Positions 21,264 to 31,123 of a stretch of DNA of 64,000 nucleotides are shown in pieces; positions within the stretch are counted from its first letter, which is position 1; each line of letters begins with the position of its first letter. The notes beneath the pieces are model-generated. The model was not told where the DNA came from. It saw only the letters and a list, made by a program, of their open reading frames with translations, and ran no database searches. The stretch covers positions 256,001-320,000 of the forward strand of contig OZ219856.1 in NCBI GenBank assembly GCA_964291395.2, written 5' to 3'. The translations under genes were made by a program, and so were the position numbers. The stretch is from Alphaproteobacteria bacterium. GTDB taxonomy: Bacteria > Pseudomonadota > Alphaproteobacteria > UBA2966.

Positions 21264-22595
21264 ATGGCTTACGACCTCGTTATCCGCGGTGGGACGCTCG
21301 TCACCCATGAGGGAACCGGCGCGGGCGACGTCGGGGTGAGAGACGGGCGCACCGTCGCGGTGGGCGATCTCTCCCGGACGGACGGAGGCGAGGTCATCGA
21401 CGCGACCGGCCTCCATGTTCTTCCCGGCATCATCGACACGCAGGTGCATTTCCGGGAGCCCGGCAACGAGCATAAGGAGGACCTCGAAAGCGGCACCCGC
21501 GCCGCGGTCATGGGCGGGGTTACGGCCGTCTTCGAGATGCCCAACACCGACCCGCCGACCACCACGCCGGAGGCATTGGCCGACAAGCTGGACCGGGCCG
21601 ACGGGCGGGCCTGGTCGGACTATGCGTTTTATGTCGGCGCCACGCCGGAAAATGCGGAGACCCTCGGTGAACTCGAAAATCTCCCTGGATGCTGCGGTAT
21701 CAAGATCTTCATGGGTTCTTCGACGGGCAGCCTGCTCGTGCCCGACGACGCCTCCCTGCGGCGCGTGCTGGAGAATAGCCGACGCCGCGTCGCGATCCAT
21801 GCGGAAGACGAAGAACGTCTGAAGGCACGTGCCAGCATCGCGTCGGAAGCGGCGCACCCCCGGGCGCATCCCGAATGGCGCGACGTCGAGACGGCGTTCA
21901 ACGCCACCCGGCGGCTGATTTCGCTCGCCGAGGAGTTGCGCCGCCGGGTGCACGTGCTCCACGTGACCACGCGGGAGGAAGCGACATATCTCGCCGGTCA
22001 CAAGGACGTGGCGAGCGTCGAAGTGACGCCGCAGCATCTGACTCTCGAAGCTCCCCATTGCTACGACCGCCTGGGCGCTTTCGCACAGATGAATCCACCC
22101 GTCCGCGAGGCGCGTCACCGGAGCGGTCTCTGGCAGGCCGTGGCAAATGGCGTGGTGGACGTCATCGGCTCGGACCATGCGCCGCATACGCGCGAGGAGA
22201 AAAGCCGGATCTATCCGAAGACACCGTCGGGGATGCCGGGCGTGCAGACTCTGCTGCCCGTCATGTTGAACCACGTCCACACGGGGCGTTTGTCGTTGAC
22301 GCGCTTGATCGATCTCCTCTGCCAGGGACCGAACCGGTTGTTCGGGATCGTCGGCAAAGGGCGGCTGGCGGTGGGCTACGATGCCGACTTCACGTTGGTC
22401 GACCTCGCGGCATCGCGCGAGATCACGGACGACTGGGTTGCCGCCAAGTGCGGGTGGACCCCCTTCGCCGGCATGACGGTCACGGGATGGCCGGTCGGGA
22501 CCATCATTCGCGGCCGGCCCGCGATGCGGGAAGGTCAGCTCATCGACGAGCCCTCGGGCCGTGTGATGCGGTTTTACGAGGGCGCGGGCCCTTGA
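21264..22595 (+). CDS. pyrC: dihydroorotase (cyclic amidohydrolase)
   Basis: DTQVHFREPG, FEMPNT, IHAED, QMNPP, GSDHAPH. Confidence 0.88.
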   Translation: MAYDLVIRGGTLVTHEGTGAGDVGVRDGRTVAVGDLSRTDGGEVIDATGLHVLPGIIDTQVHFREPGNEHKEDLESGTRAAVMGGVTAVFEMPNTDPPTTTPEALADKLDRADGRAWSDYAFYVGATPENAETLGELENLPGCCGIKIFMGSSTGSLLVPDDASLRRVLENSRRRVAIHAEDEERLKARASIASEAAHPRAHPEWRDVETAFNATRRLISLAEELRRRVHVLHVTTREEATYLAGHKDVASVEVTPQHLTLEAPHCYDRLGAFAQMNPPVREARHRSGLWQAVANGVVDVIGSDHAPHTREEKSRIYPKTPSGMPGVQTLLPVMLNHVHTGRLSLTRLIDLLCQGPNRLFGIVGKGRLAVGYDADFTLVDLAASREITDDWVAAKCGWTPFAGMTVTGWPVGTIIRGRPAMREGQLIDEPSGRVMRFYEGAGP

Positions 22596-22709
22596 CCCGC
22601 CGCCTCGGTCCTTACGCCTTGCCCGATGTTGTTGTTGGCGCGTCGGCTTCGACCGATTACAAATGCGCGATCGCTCGAGGATGACGGCAGCACGGGAGTG
22701 ACCGACACC

Positions 22710-23708
22710 ATGACCGAGACCTTCAAGGCCCTGGTAGCTCGCGAGACCGATGGCAAGGTGGCATGCGAGTTCGAAGATCTGACGGCGGGCGATCTGCCCG
22801 GGAATGGCGACGCCGTGATCTCGGTCGCGTACTCCACGCTCAACTACAAGGACGGCCTCGCCATCAAAGGCAACCAGGGCAAGGTCATGCGGAGTCTTCC
22901 GATGGTGCCGGGCATCGACCTCGCCGGCGTCGTGGAAGATCCCGGAAACTCCGGTCTCGAGCCGGGGGACGAGATCGTCGTCACCGGTTGGGGGCTCAGC
23001 GAAACGGCCTGGGGCGGCTATTCGCAGAAGGCCAGGTTGAATTCCGACTGGTTGCTGCCGCTGCCCGAGGGGATTTCTCTAAAGCAATCGATGGCGATCG
23101 GAACTGCCGGATTCACCGCCATGCTCTCGGTGATGGCCCTCGAGCACATGGGCCTCAAGCCGTCACAGGGCGAGGTCCTGGTGACCGGTGCCGCGGGCGG
23201 TGTCGGCAGCGTCGCCGTCGCGATTCTTGCGAACCTGGGCTACGACGTCGCGGCCTCGACGGGCCGCGCCGAACAGCACGATTACCTCGAGAGCTTGGGC
23301 GCCGGGAGCATCGTCGAGCGCGCGGAACTCGAAGAGGACGGCGGCCCCATGCGCAAGGCCCGCTGGGCCGGTGGGGTCGATACGGTCGGCAGCAGGATCC
23401 TGGTCAATACCATGGCGCAGATCAAGCCCAGCGGTTCGATCGCCGTCTGCGGCCTCGCCGCCGGTCCCGATTTGCCCGCTACGGTCATTCCCCTCATCCT
23501 GCGCGGTGTCTCTCTCCTCGGCATCAACTCCGTCCACATCTCGAACGAGAAGCGCAAGGTGGCGTGGGATCGGCTCGCCAAGGAACTGCCGATGGACCTG
23601 CTCGATTCCATGACCGAGGTCGTGCCGTTCGTGAACCTGCCCGGCCTGGCTGGCGAGATCCTCAAGGGCCGGGTGCGGGGCCGCACCGTCGTTGACGTCA
23701 ACGCCTGA
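22710..23708 (+). CDS. MDR oxidoreductase, AcuI/YhdH family (acrylyl-CoA reductase-like)
   Basis: YSTLNYKDGLA, PGIDLAG, IGTAGFTAML, VTGAAGGVGS. Confidence 0.9.
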   Translation: MTETFKALVARETDGKVACEFEDLTAGDLPGNGDAVISVAYSTLNYKDGLAIKGNQGKVMRSLPMVPGIDLAGVVEDPGNSGLEPGDEIVVTGWGLSETAWGGYSQKARLNSDWLLPLPEGISLKQSMAIGTAGFTAMLSVMALEHMGLKPSQGEVLVTGAAGGVGSVAVAILANLGYDVAASTGRAEQHDYLESLGAGSIVERAELEEDGGPMRKARWAGGVDTVGSRILVNTMAQIKPSGSIAVCGLAAGPDLPATVIPLILRGVSLLGINSVHISNEKRKVAWDRLAKELPMDLLDSMTEVVPFVNLPGLAGEILKGRVRGRTVVDVNA

Positions 23709-23714
23709 GGCAGC

Positions 23715-24485
23715 TCAGGCCTCGACCCCGCGAGCGATGAAGAACGGGTTCTCGAATCCGTCCTTGCCGTAGAGCAGATCGTCGCCGTCGACCGTTCGGA
23801 CCGAGCCGCCGGCCGCCGCCAGTACGGCGTGTCCCGCCGCCGTGTCCCACTCCATCGTACGCCCGAAACGGGGGTAGATGTCGGCTTCGCCGGCGGCGAC
23901 CAGACAGAACTTGAGAGAGCTTCCCGCCGCCGTGAGATCCTTGACGGGCAACGTGTCGAGAAACTCGTCGGTGCGCGCGTCGCGGTGGGAGCGGCTGGCG
24001 ACCGCCACCAGCCCGTCCTCCGCCGGCGCGCGCGCCGCGATGGGTCTCGCCGGGCCATCGTCTTCCTCGATGAAGACGGCGCCCGGGCCGCCGGCCGTGT
24101 ACATCCGACGCCGGGCCGGCACGTAGACCACGCCGAGCGCCGGCCGGCCGCTCTCGATCAGGCCGATGTTGACGGTGAATTCGCCGTTGCGGCTGATGAA
24201 TTCCCGTGTCCCGTCGAGCGGATCCACGAGCCAGAACCTGCCTTTCGGAATATGGGGAACGTTGCCCGCGGTCACGCTCTCCTCCGCGACGACGGGGATG
24301 CCGGGGGTGAGCTCGGCAAGCCGGGTGACGATGATGCTCTCCGCGCGCTCGTCGGCGTCGGTCACCGGCGACCGGTCCTCCTTCGATCGGATGTCGAAGT
24401 CCGACTCGTAGACGTTCATGATGGCGGCGCCCGCCGCCAGGGCGATGCCGCGCAGCTCCCGGACGATCTCGCCGGACTTTTCCAT
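23715..24485 (-). CDS. cysQ: 3'(2'),5'-bisphosphate nucleotidase CysQ
   Basis: SPVTDAD, WLVDPLDGTREF, GSSLKFC, TMEWDTAAG. Confidence 0.93.
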   Translation of the reverse strand: MEKSGEIVRELRGIALAAGAAIMNVYESDFDIRSKEDRSPVTDADERAESIIVTRLAELTPGIPVVAEESVTAGNVPHIPKGRFWLVDPLDGTREFISRNGEFTVNIGLIESGRPALGVVYVPARRRMYTAGGPGAVFIEEDDGPARPIAARAPAEDGLVAVASRSHRDARTDEFLDTLPVKDLTAAGSSLKFCLVAAGEADIYPRFGRTMEWDTAAGHAVLAAAGGSVRTVDGDDLLYGKDGFENPFFIARGVEA

Positions 24486-25231
24486 CAAAGGGCGCCGGCC
24501 ACGTTCATGTTGGCGCCGGCGACATACGATGCCTCGTCGGAGAGCAGGAAGAGGATGTTCGAGGCCACTTCTTCGGGCGTTGCGGCGCGGCCCATCGGTT
24601 GACGGCCCGCCAGCTTGGCCACGCGGCCGGGCTGTCCGGACCGCGCGGTCATCTCGGTGTCGATCAGACCGGGTCGGACCGCATTGACGCGAACGCCATC
24701 GCCCGCGACCTCCTTCGCCAAGCCGATCGTATAGGCGTCGATGGCCCCCTTGGACGCGCCGTAGTGCACCCAGTAGTGGGAGGCGCCCAGGGTCGCGGAC
24801 ATGGAGGACACGTTGACGATGGCGCCGCCGCCGCCGCCGTGTTTCGGCAGCATGCGTTTCAGCGCCTCGCGGCAGCACAGCATGACGCCCGCGACGTTCG
24901 TGAGCAGCACGACCGACATGTCCTCATAAGGAATTTCGTCGGCCCGGTAGCGGCCCGGCACCATGCCCGCGTTGTTGACCAATGCGGTCACGGGACCGAA
25001 GGCCTCGTCCACCGTCTTGAATAATTCGAGGACATCCCGTTCCCGCGAAACGTCGGCGCCCACCGCGATCGCCTTGCCGCCGTCCGAGGCGATCCGGTCG
25101 GCCACGGCCTCCGCCTTTTCGGCGTCGCTGCGGTAGTTCACGCAGACGGCATAGCCGCGCGCCGCGCCGGCGACCGCCGTCGCTTCACCGATCCCGCGGC
25201 TTGCGCCCGTGACGACCAGCACGCCAGTCAT
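24485..25231 (-). CDS. classical SDR oxidoreductase
   Basis: TGASRGIG, NNAG, YGASK. Confidence 0.92.
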   Translation of the reverse strand: MTGVLVVTGASRGIGEATAVAGAARGYAVCVNYRSDAEKAEAVADRIASDGGKAIAVGADVSRERDVLELFKTVDEAFGPVTALVNNAGMVPGRYRADEIPYEDMSVVLLTNVAGVMLCCREALKRMLPKHGGGGGAIVNVSSMSATLGASHYWVHYGASKGAIDAYTIGLAKEVAGDGVRVNAVRPGLIDTEMTARSGQPGRVAKLAGRQPMGRAATPEEVASNILFLLSDEASYVAGANMNVAGAL

Positions 25232-25415
25232 GTCGACCTCCGATGTCGCCTTCGAAACGGACGCGAGTGGACCACCGGCGACGGGAGGGGTCAAGGCGAC
25301 TCACCTCCGGTCGTTGAACACGGATTCATTGATGTCGGATCTCAGGTCCGATTCTCATTGGAGTCCGGCGCGGCAAGCGTGGTCGGCCCTTCGTTCCTTG
25401 ACTCCCTTATCCTTC

Positions 25416-25439
25416 TTGAAATAAGAACAAAACAAGAAC
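25416..25439 (+). promoter_or_regulatory. alphaproteobacterial LexA (SOS) box overlapping imuA promoter
   Basis: GAAC-aaaacaa-GAAC (25425-25439) immediately after TTGAAA (25416-25421), 44 nt upstream of imuA. Confidence 0.88.
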
Positions 25440-25483
25440 ATTTTGAGTGTTTTCGACACGCCTGATCGACAGGGGGACGTTCC

Positions 25484-26269
25484 ATGACGGGACATCGGCG
25501 TCCCGCGGTGATCGAGCAGCTTCGCGCTCGTATCGCCGCCATCGACAAGACGGGGCCGGGTGAGGAGGAGGGATACAAGAGGCCCGTCCTCGCATTCGGG
25601 CAGCCGGTCATCGACGCGGCGCTGCCCTGGTCCGGGCTGCCCCTCGGCTGTCTGCACGAGATCGTAGGGCAGGGGACCGGCGGATTTGCCTCGGCTTCCG
25701 GTTTTACCTGCGCGCTCCTGGGGCGGTTCGGCAGCGGCGCTGGCGATCACCGTGCCGGCGACCCGACGGCAACCCGTGCGATGGTCTTGTGGTGTCTTCA
25801 GACCCATGAGATGCGTGAACACGGCGTTCCCTATGCACCCGGCTTCGCCGCGTTCGGTCTCGATCCGGTGCGTACCGTCATCACGCGCGGACGGAACGAT
25901 ACCGACGTTCTGTGGGCGATGGAGGAGAGTCTCCGCATGCCCGGGGTCGCGGCGGTCGTCGGAGAAGCCGACGACGTCGATTTCACCCATAGCCGCCGTT
26001 TGCAGCTCGCCGCCGAGGCGGGTGGCGTAACCGCGTTCATCTTGCGCCGGGGCGGCGACATGCCGGCAACCGCGGCCGTCACCCGCTGGCGGGTCGTGCC
26101 CGTGCCCGGCGTCGGTACCGGACGGTCCCGTTGGCGGCTCGAGCTGCAGCGCTGCCGGGGCGGAGCGCCGAACGAATGGCTTGTGGAGTGGGATGATGAG
26201 ACGGATGATTTCACTATGGTTTCCGAATTTCGCCACGGAACGCCTGAGCCGCAAAGAGCCTACGCTTGA
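25484..26269 (+). CDS. imuA: ImuA family protein
   Basis: GLPLGCLHEI, VLWAMEESLR, RRLQLAAE, RWRLELQRCRGG; first gene of cassette. Confidence 0.88.
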   Translation: MTGHRRPAVIEQLRARIAAIDKTGPGEEEGYKRPVLAFGQPVIDAALPWSGLPLGCLHEIVGQGTGGFASASGFTCALLGRFGSGAGDHRAGDPTATRAMVLWCLQTHEMREHGVPYAPGFAAFGLDPVRTVITRGRNDTDVLWAMEESLRMPGVAAVVGEADDVDFTHSRRLQLAAEAGGVTAFILRRGGDMPATAAVTRWRVVPVPGVGTGRSRWRLELQRCRGGAPNEWLVEWDDETDDFTMVSEFRHGTPEPQRAYA

Positions 26270-27797
26270 CGGCCGGCCGTTCGTAACGGTCGCGGCGGTC
26301 CGGGGGGGGCTGCGGGTGGCGGCGCCAAGCAGCGCGGCCGAGGCCGGGGGCATTCCGCCCGGCCTGCCGCTGACCGACGCCCGGGCCCGGATTCCGAACC
26401 TCAAGGCATTTCCTGCCGACCCGGTCGGCGATGCCAGGGCCCTGGTACGTCTCGCCGAGTGGTGCGGGGCCTATACGCCGTGGACGGCGCCCGAGGATAC
26501 CGGGGAGGCTCTGGAGGGCGGCGGGGCGGGAATCTGGCTCGACGCCACCGGTTGCGCGCACCTGTTCGGGGGCGAGGCCAAGCTCGGCCGCGTGCTGACC
26601 GTCCGGATGCGGCGGCTGGGGTTCACGGCCCGTGTCGGACTGGCCGAGACTCCCGGTGTCGCCTGGGCGGTCGCACGGTTCGGCGACGTCGAGAGGAAAA
26701 GGAAGGGTGGCCGCCAGGACGAGGTCGGCCGGATCGTGCCGCCCGGCGGCGTGCGCAGGGCCCTGACGCCTCTGCCGGTCATGGCCCTGCGCCTGCCCGC
26801 CGATGTGGTCGAGGGCCTGGACGGTCTCGGGCTGCGGCGCGTCGGTGACTTGTTGAACGTGCCGCGCGGACCGCTGACCGCACGGTTCGGCGAGGTCATT
26901 ACCCGGCGTCTCGATCAAGCCCTGGGCCATGCGTTCGAGCCGATTTCACCGCGTCTCGAGACACTGCCGATGCGGGTTCGCGTCATGCCGGCCGAGCCGT
27001 TGGGGCAGCACAAGGACATCGCCGTCGGACTCGCGCGGTTGTTGCGCCAACTCGAAGGTCGGCTCCGGCGCAAGCATCTCGGCGCCCGCAAGCTCATGCT
27101 CAACCTCTATCACGTCGATGGCGAGGTGCGCCGGGCGTCGATCGGCACCAGCCGCCCGGCGCGGAATCCCGATCATCTTTTCCGCCTGTTCTCCGAGCGC
27201 CTCGAAAATCTCGATCCCGGTTTCGGGATCGAAGCGATGGTTCTGACCGCGCCCGTCACCGAGCCGCTGTCGGCGGAGCAGATCCCGCTCGCCTCCCGCC
27301 GGCTGCGGACGGCTCCGGCGGACCTCAGTGCCCTCGTCGACCGTCTGCAGAATCGGCTGGGCGCAGGAAACGTCATGCGGTTCGATCTGCGGGAGAGTCA
27401 CATCCCCGAGCGGGCTGCCGCGCCGGTTCCCGTCTTCCACGGTGGGTCATCCGCATCATCGGCTCCTGCCACCTGCCGGCGGCCCGTACGGCTTCTGTCC
27501 CGGCCCGAGAACATCGAGGCGACGGCCATGGTTCCCGACGGTCCGCCCGCGATGTTCCGCTGGCGCCGGGTGCTGTACCGGACCGCCTGGGCGGAAGGGC
27601 CGGAACGCGTCGCGCCGGAATGGTGGCTGAAGGTCGCGCCCTGGAACGCGCCGTGGGATCTCGAGACCCGTGATTACTACCGTCTCGAAGCCGTGGACGG
27701 CGCCCGTTTCTGGGTTTTTCGGGAAGGCCTCTATCGCATGGCGGGCGAGGCGCCTCGGGACCCGCTGCTCTGGTACCTGCACGGCCTGTTCGCTTGA
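26193..27797 (+). CDS. imuB: ImuB, Y-family polymerase-like protein
   Basis: YTPWTA, LDATGCAHLFGGE, GPERVAPEWW, RDYYR, WYLHGLFA. Confidence 0.93.
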   Translation: MMRRMISLWFPNFATERLSRKEPTLDGRPFVTVAAVRGGLRVAAPSSAAEAGGIPPGLPLTDARARIPNLKAFPADPVGDARALVRLAEWCGAYTPWTAPEDTGEALEGGGAGIWLDATGCAHLFGGEAKLGRVLTVRMRRLGFTARVGLAETPGVAWAVARFGDVERKRKGGRQDEVGRIVPPGGVRRALTPLPVMALRLPADVVEGLDGLGLRRVGDLLNVPRGPLTARFGEVITRRLDQALGHAFEPISPRLETLPMRVRVMPAEPLGQHKDIAVGLARLLRQLEGRLRRKHLGARKLMLNLYHVDGEVRRASIGTSRPARNPDHLFRLFSERLENLDPGFGIEAMVLTAPVTEPLSAEQIPLASRRLRTAPADLSALVDRLQNRLGAGNVMRFDLRESHIPERAAAPVPVFHGGSSASSAPATCRRPVRLLSRPENIEATAMVPDGPPAMFRWRRVLYRTAWAEGPERVAPEWWLKVAPWNAPWDLETRDYYRLEAVDGARFWVFREGLYRMAGEAPRDPLLWYLHGLFA

Positions 27798-27817
27798 GAG
27801 ATGGAAATGCCAGCAAC

Positions 27818-30800
27818 ATGACCGCCTACGCCGAGCTTCAGGTCTCGACCAATTTCTCGTTCCTCCGCGGGGCTTCCCATGCCGAGGAACTGGTGGCGAC
27901 GGCGGCCGAACTCGGCCACGCGGCCCTCGCGGTGACCGACCGCAATACCCTGGCCGGCGTGGTGCGGGCGCACGTCGCCGCCAAGGAGATCGGCCTGCCG
28001 CTTGTCGTCGGAACCCGCCTGGACCTTCAGGATGAATTGAGCTTGCTCGTCCTGCCACGGGATCGGCCGGCCTATGGACGGCTCTCGCGGCTTCTCACGC
28101 TGGGCAAGCGGCGGGCGCCGAAGGGCGATTGCCATCTCACGCTCAACGATCTGCTCGGCGAGGAAAACGACGGTGGCGAAAGTCAGGTCTGGATCATCCT
28201 GCCGCCTGACGGGAGGCTACCTGGTGCGGCCTTCGTGGAGCAGCTCGGCGGCGTTGGAGAGCGGGCCGCCGGTCCGGTTTACCTGGCCGCTTCCTGCCTC
28301 TACCGGGGTGATGACGCCAAGCGCCTCAAGCACTTGGCTCATGTAGCGGCGACCTGCCGCACACCTCTCATCGCCACCAACGACGTTCACGCCCATGCCG
28401 CATACCGCCGGCCGCTGCAGGACGTACTCACCTGCATCCGCGAGCATTGCACCATCGACGAGGCGGGCTACCGGCTGTTCGCCAATGCCGAGCGTCACCT
28501 GAAGCCGCCGGAGGAGATGGCGCGCCTGTTCGCCGACTATCCCGAAGCCGTGGCCCGCACGGTGGAGGTCGCCGAGTCCTGTGCCTTCAATCTCGACGAA
28601 CTGCGCCACGAATATCCCGACGAGACCGGACCCGACGGCCACCCGCCTCAAGAGGTGCTCGTACGTCTCACCTGGGAAGGCGCTCACAGACGATATCCCG
28701 GTGGCATCCCCGACAAGGTGCGCGGATTGCTCGAACGTGAACTCGACCTGATCGGGCAACTCGACTACGCCCCCTACTTTCTCACGGTTCAAGATATCGC
28801 CCGATTCGCCCGAAGCCAGGGCATCCTGTGCCAGGGACGAGGGTCGGCGGCCAACTCGGCGGTCTGTTACTGCCTCGGCATCACGGCCGTGGATCCCGAT
28901 CGTATCGGTCTGCTGTTCGAGCGCTTCGTCTCTGCCGAGCGCAATGAGCCGCCCGATATCGACGTCGACTTCGAGCACGAACGCCGCGAACGGGTCATCC
29001 AGTATATCTACGGCCGTTACGGCCGCGACCGGGCCGGCATCGCCGCGACGGTGATCAGCTATCGCACCCGAAGTGCCGTGCGTGAGGTGATCAAGGCGCT
29101 CGGCTTGTCCCCCGACGTCGCCGGGGCCGTGAATGGTCTCGTGTGGGGGTCGAGTCGCGGTAAGCCGATCGACGAGGACCGGGTTCGCGAGGCCGGCCTC
29201 GACCCCGCCGATCAGCGCCTCCGGCTCGCGCTCGCCCTCGCGCACGAACTTCAAGGCTTTCCCCGCCACCTGTCGCAGCACGTCGGAGGCTTCGTCATCA
29301 CACGCGGCCCGCTCTCCGAGGTCGTCCCCATCGGCAATGCCGCCATGAAGGACCGCACCCACATCGAGTGGGACAAGAACGACCTGGATGCCTTGGGGAT
29401 CCTGAAGGTGGATGTTCTCGGCCTCGGCATGCTCACCTGCATCCGCAAGGCTTTTGAGCTCATCGAGCGGCACTACGGACGACCGCTCACCCTGGCGACC
29501 GTCCCGCAGGAAGATCCGGCCGTCTACGACATGTTGTGCCGTGCCGATTCGATCGGCGTTTTTCAGGTCGAGAGCCGGGCGCAGATGTCGATGCTGCCGC
29601 GGCTCAAACCCCGGAATTTCTACGATCTCGTCGTCGAGGTCGCGATCGTCCGTCCGGGACCGATCCAGGGCGATATGGTGCATCCCTACCTGCGTCGCCG
29701 GAACGGGGAAGAGCCGATCGAATACCCCTCGCCCGAACTCGAAGAGGTGCTCGGCAAGACCTTCGGCGTCCCGCTGTTCCAGGAGCAGGCCATGCGCATC
29801 GCCATCGTTGCCGCCGGATTCTCTCCGGCCGAGGCGGATGGTCTGCGTCGGGCCATGGCGGCCTTTCGTCGTACCGGACGGGTCGGCAACTTCCGGGACA
29901 AATTCGTCGACGGCATGGTCGAGCGCGATTACGGACGGGATTTCGCCGAGCGCTGCTTCCGTCAGATCGAAGGATTCGGCGATTACGGCTTTCCCGAATC
30001 CCACGCCGCGAGCTTCGCGCTGCTGGTCTACGTATCGGCATGGATCAAATGCCACTATCCCGCGGTCTTTGCCTGCGCCCTCCTGAATGGTCAGCCCATG
30101 GGATTCTATGCCCCTGCCCAGATCGTTCGCGATGCTCGCGACCACGGGGTCCAGGCGCGGCCCGTCGACGTCGCGTTCAGCGACTGGGATTGTACGCTGG
30201 AGTCCACCGGACGTGGTGACGTGGCGCTGCGTCTGGGCTTCCGCCAGATCAAGGGGTTCAAGAAAGAGGAGGCCGACGCTCTCGTCGCGGCTCGCGCCGA
30301 ATGCCGCCACGACGGCAACCGCCTTTGCGTTCGCGGCCTGTGGCGGCGGGCCCGTCTCGGCAGGGCTGTTTTCGAACGACTGGCCCGGGCCGACGCCTAT
30401 CGCTCACTCGGCCTCAACCGGCGCGAGGCTCTCTGGGAGGTTCGGGCGCTCGACCCCGAGCCGCTGCCGCTCTTCCCCCTGGACGACGGGGCGGGAGAGG
30501 GGCCAGAGCCGTTGGTCCCGCTTCCATCGGCGGCGATCGGGGAGGAGGTGATCGACGATTACGCCGCTCTCAAGCTCACCCTGCGGACCCATCCCTTGGC
30601 GCTCCTCCGTCCCGAACTGGCCGCCCAGGGCGCGGTCCCGGCTTCCCGTCTGTCGGATCACCCGGCGGATACCGACGTCACCGTTGCCGGCTTGGTGATT
30701 TGCCGGCAGCGGCCGGGAACGGCGAGTGGCGTGATCTTCGGCACCCTCGAAGACGAGGAAGGAATCGCCAACCTCGTCATCTGGTCCAAGGTGTTCGAGC

Positions 30801-31024
30801 GTTACCGCAAGGTGGTCATGCGCGCCCGGCTGCTGCTGGCCACGGGGCGCCTGCAACGCGAAGGCCTCGTGATTCATGTCGTCGTTACGCGGCTCGTCGA
30901 TCTCACGCATCGGCTCGATGCATTGGCCGGGGGTCACGGCCGTCTCCTCGATGTTCCGGCGGCGAACGCCACACGCCACCGGGTCCCGCTACACGCCTCG
31001 TTTCCCTCGCGTGACTTTCACTAG
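27818..31024 (+). CDS. dnaE2: error-prone DNA polymerase DnaE2 (ImuC)
   Basis: YAELQVSTNFSFLRGAS, CQGRGSAANS, PPDIDVDFE, C-terminal SRDFH. Confidence 0.97.
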   Translation: MTAYAELQVSTNFSFLRGASHAEELVATAAELGHAALAVTDRNTLAGVVRAHVAAKEIGLPLVVGTRLDLQDELSLLVLPRDRPAYGRLSRLLTLGKRRAPKGDCHLTLNDLLGEENDGGESQVWIILPPDGRLPGAAFVEQLGGVGERAAGPVYLAASCLYRGDDAKRLKHLAHVAATCRTPLIATNDVHAHAAYRRPLQDVLTCIREHCTIDEAGYRLFANAERHLKPPEEMARLFADYPEAVARTVEVAESCAFNLDELRHEYPDETGPDGHPPQEVLVRLTWEGAHRRYPGGIPDKVRGLLERELDLIGQLDYAPYFLTVQDIARFARSQGILCQGRGSAANSAVCYCLGITAVDPDRIGLLFERFVSAERNEPPDIDVDFEHERRERVIQYIYGRYGRDRAGIAATVISYRTRSAVREVIKALGLSPDVAGAVNGLVWGSSRGKPIDEDRVREAGLDPADQRLRLALALAHELQGFPRHLSQHVGGFVITRGPLSEVVPIGNAAMKDRTHIEWDKNDLDALGILKVDVLGLGMLTCIRKAFELIERHYGRPLTLATVPQEDPAVYDMLCRADSIGVFQVESRAQMSMLPRLKPRNFYDLVVEVAIVRPGPIQGDMVHPYLRRRNGEEPIEYPSPELEEVLGKTFGVPLFQEQAMRIAIVAAGFSPAEADGLRRAMAAFRRTGRVGNFRDKFVDGMVERDYGRDFAERCFRQIEGFGDYGFPESHAASFALLVYVSAWIKCHYPAVFACALLNGQPMGFYAPAQIVRDARDHGVQARPVDVAFSDWDCTLESTGRGDVALRLGFRQIKGFKKEEADALVAARAECRHDGNRLCVRGLWRRARLGRAVFERLARADAYRSLGLNRREALWEVRALDPEPLPLFPLDDGAGEGPEPLVPLPSAAIGEEVIDDYAALKLTLRTHPLALLRPELAAQGAVPASRLSDHPADTDVTVAGLVICRQRPGTASGVIFGTLEDEEGIANLVIWSKVFERYRKVVMRARLLLATGRLQREGLVIHVVVTRLVDLTHRLDALAGGHGRLLDVPAANATRHRVPLHASFPSRDFH

Positions 31025-31123
31025 ACCGCGAATGGTCGTTCCCGCCTCGGTGGGCGCTACTGGTCGCGCGCTCCGGCGCTTGCTATAACGCGGTCGTCCA
31101 GCGGCACGGAGTGGTCGAACAGG

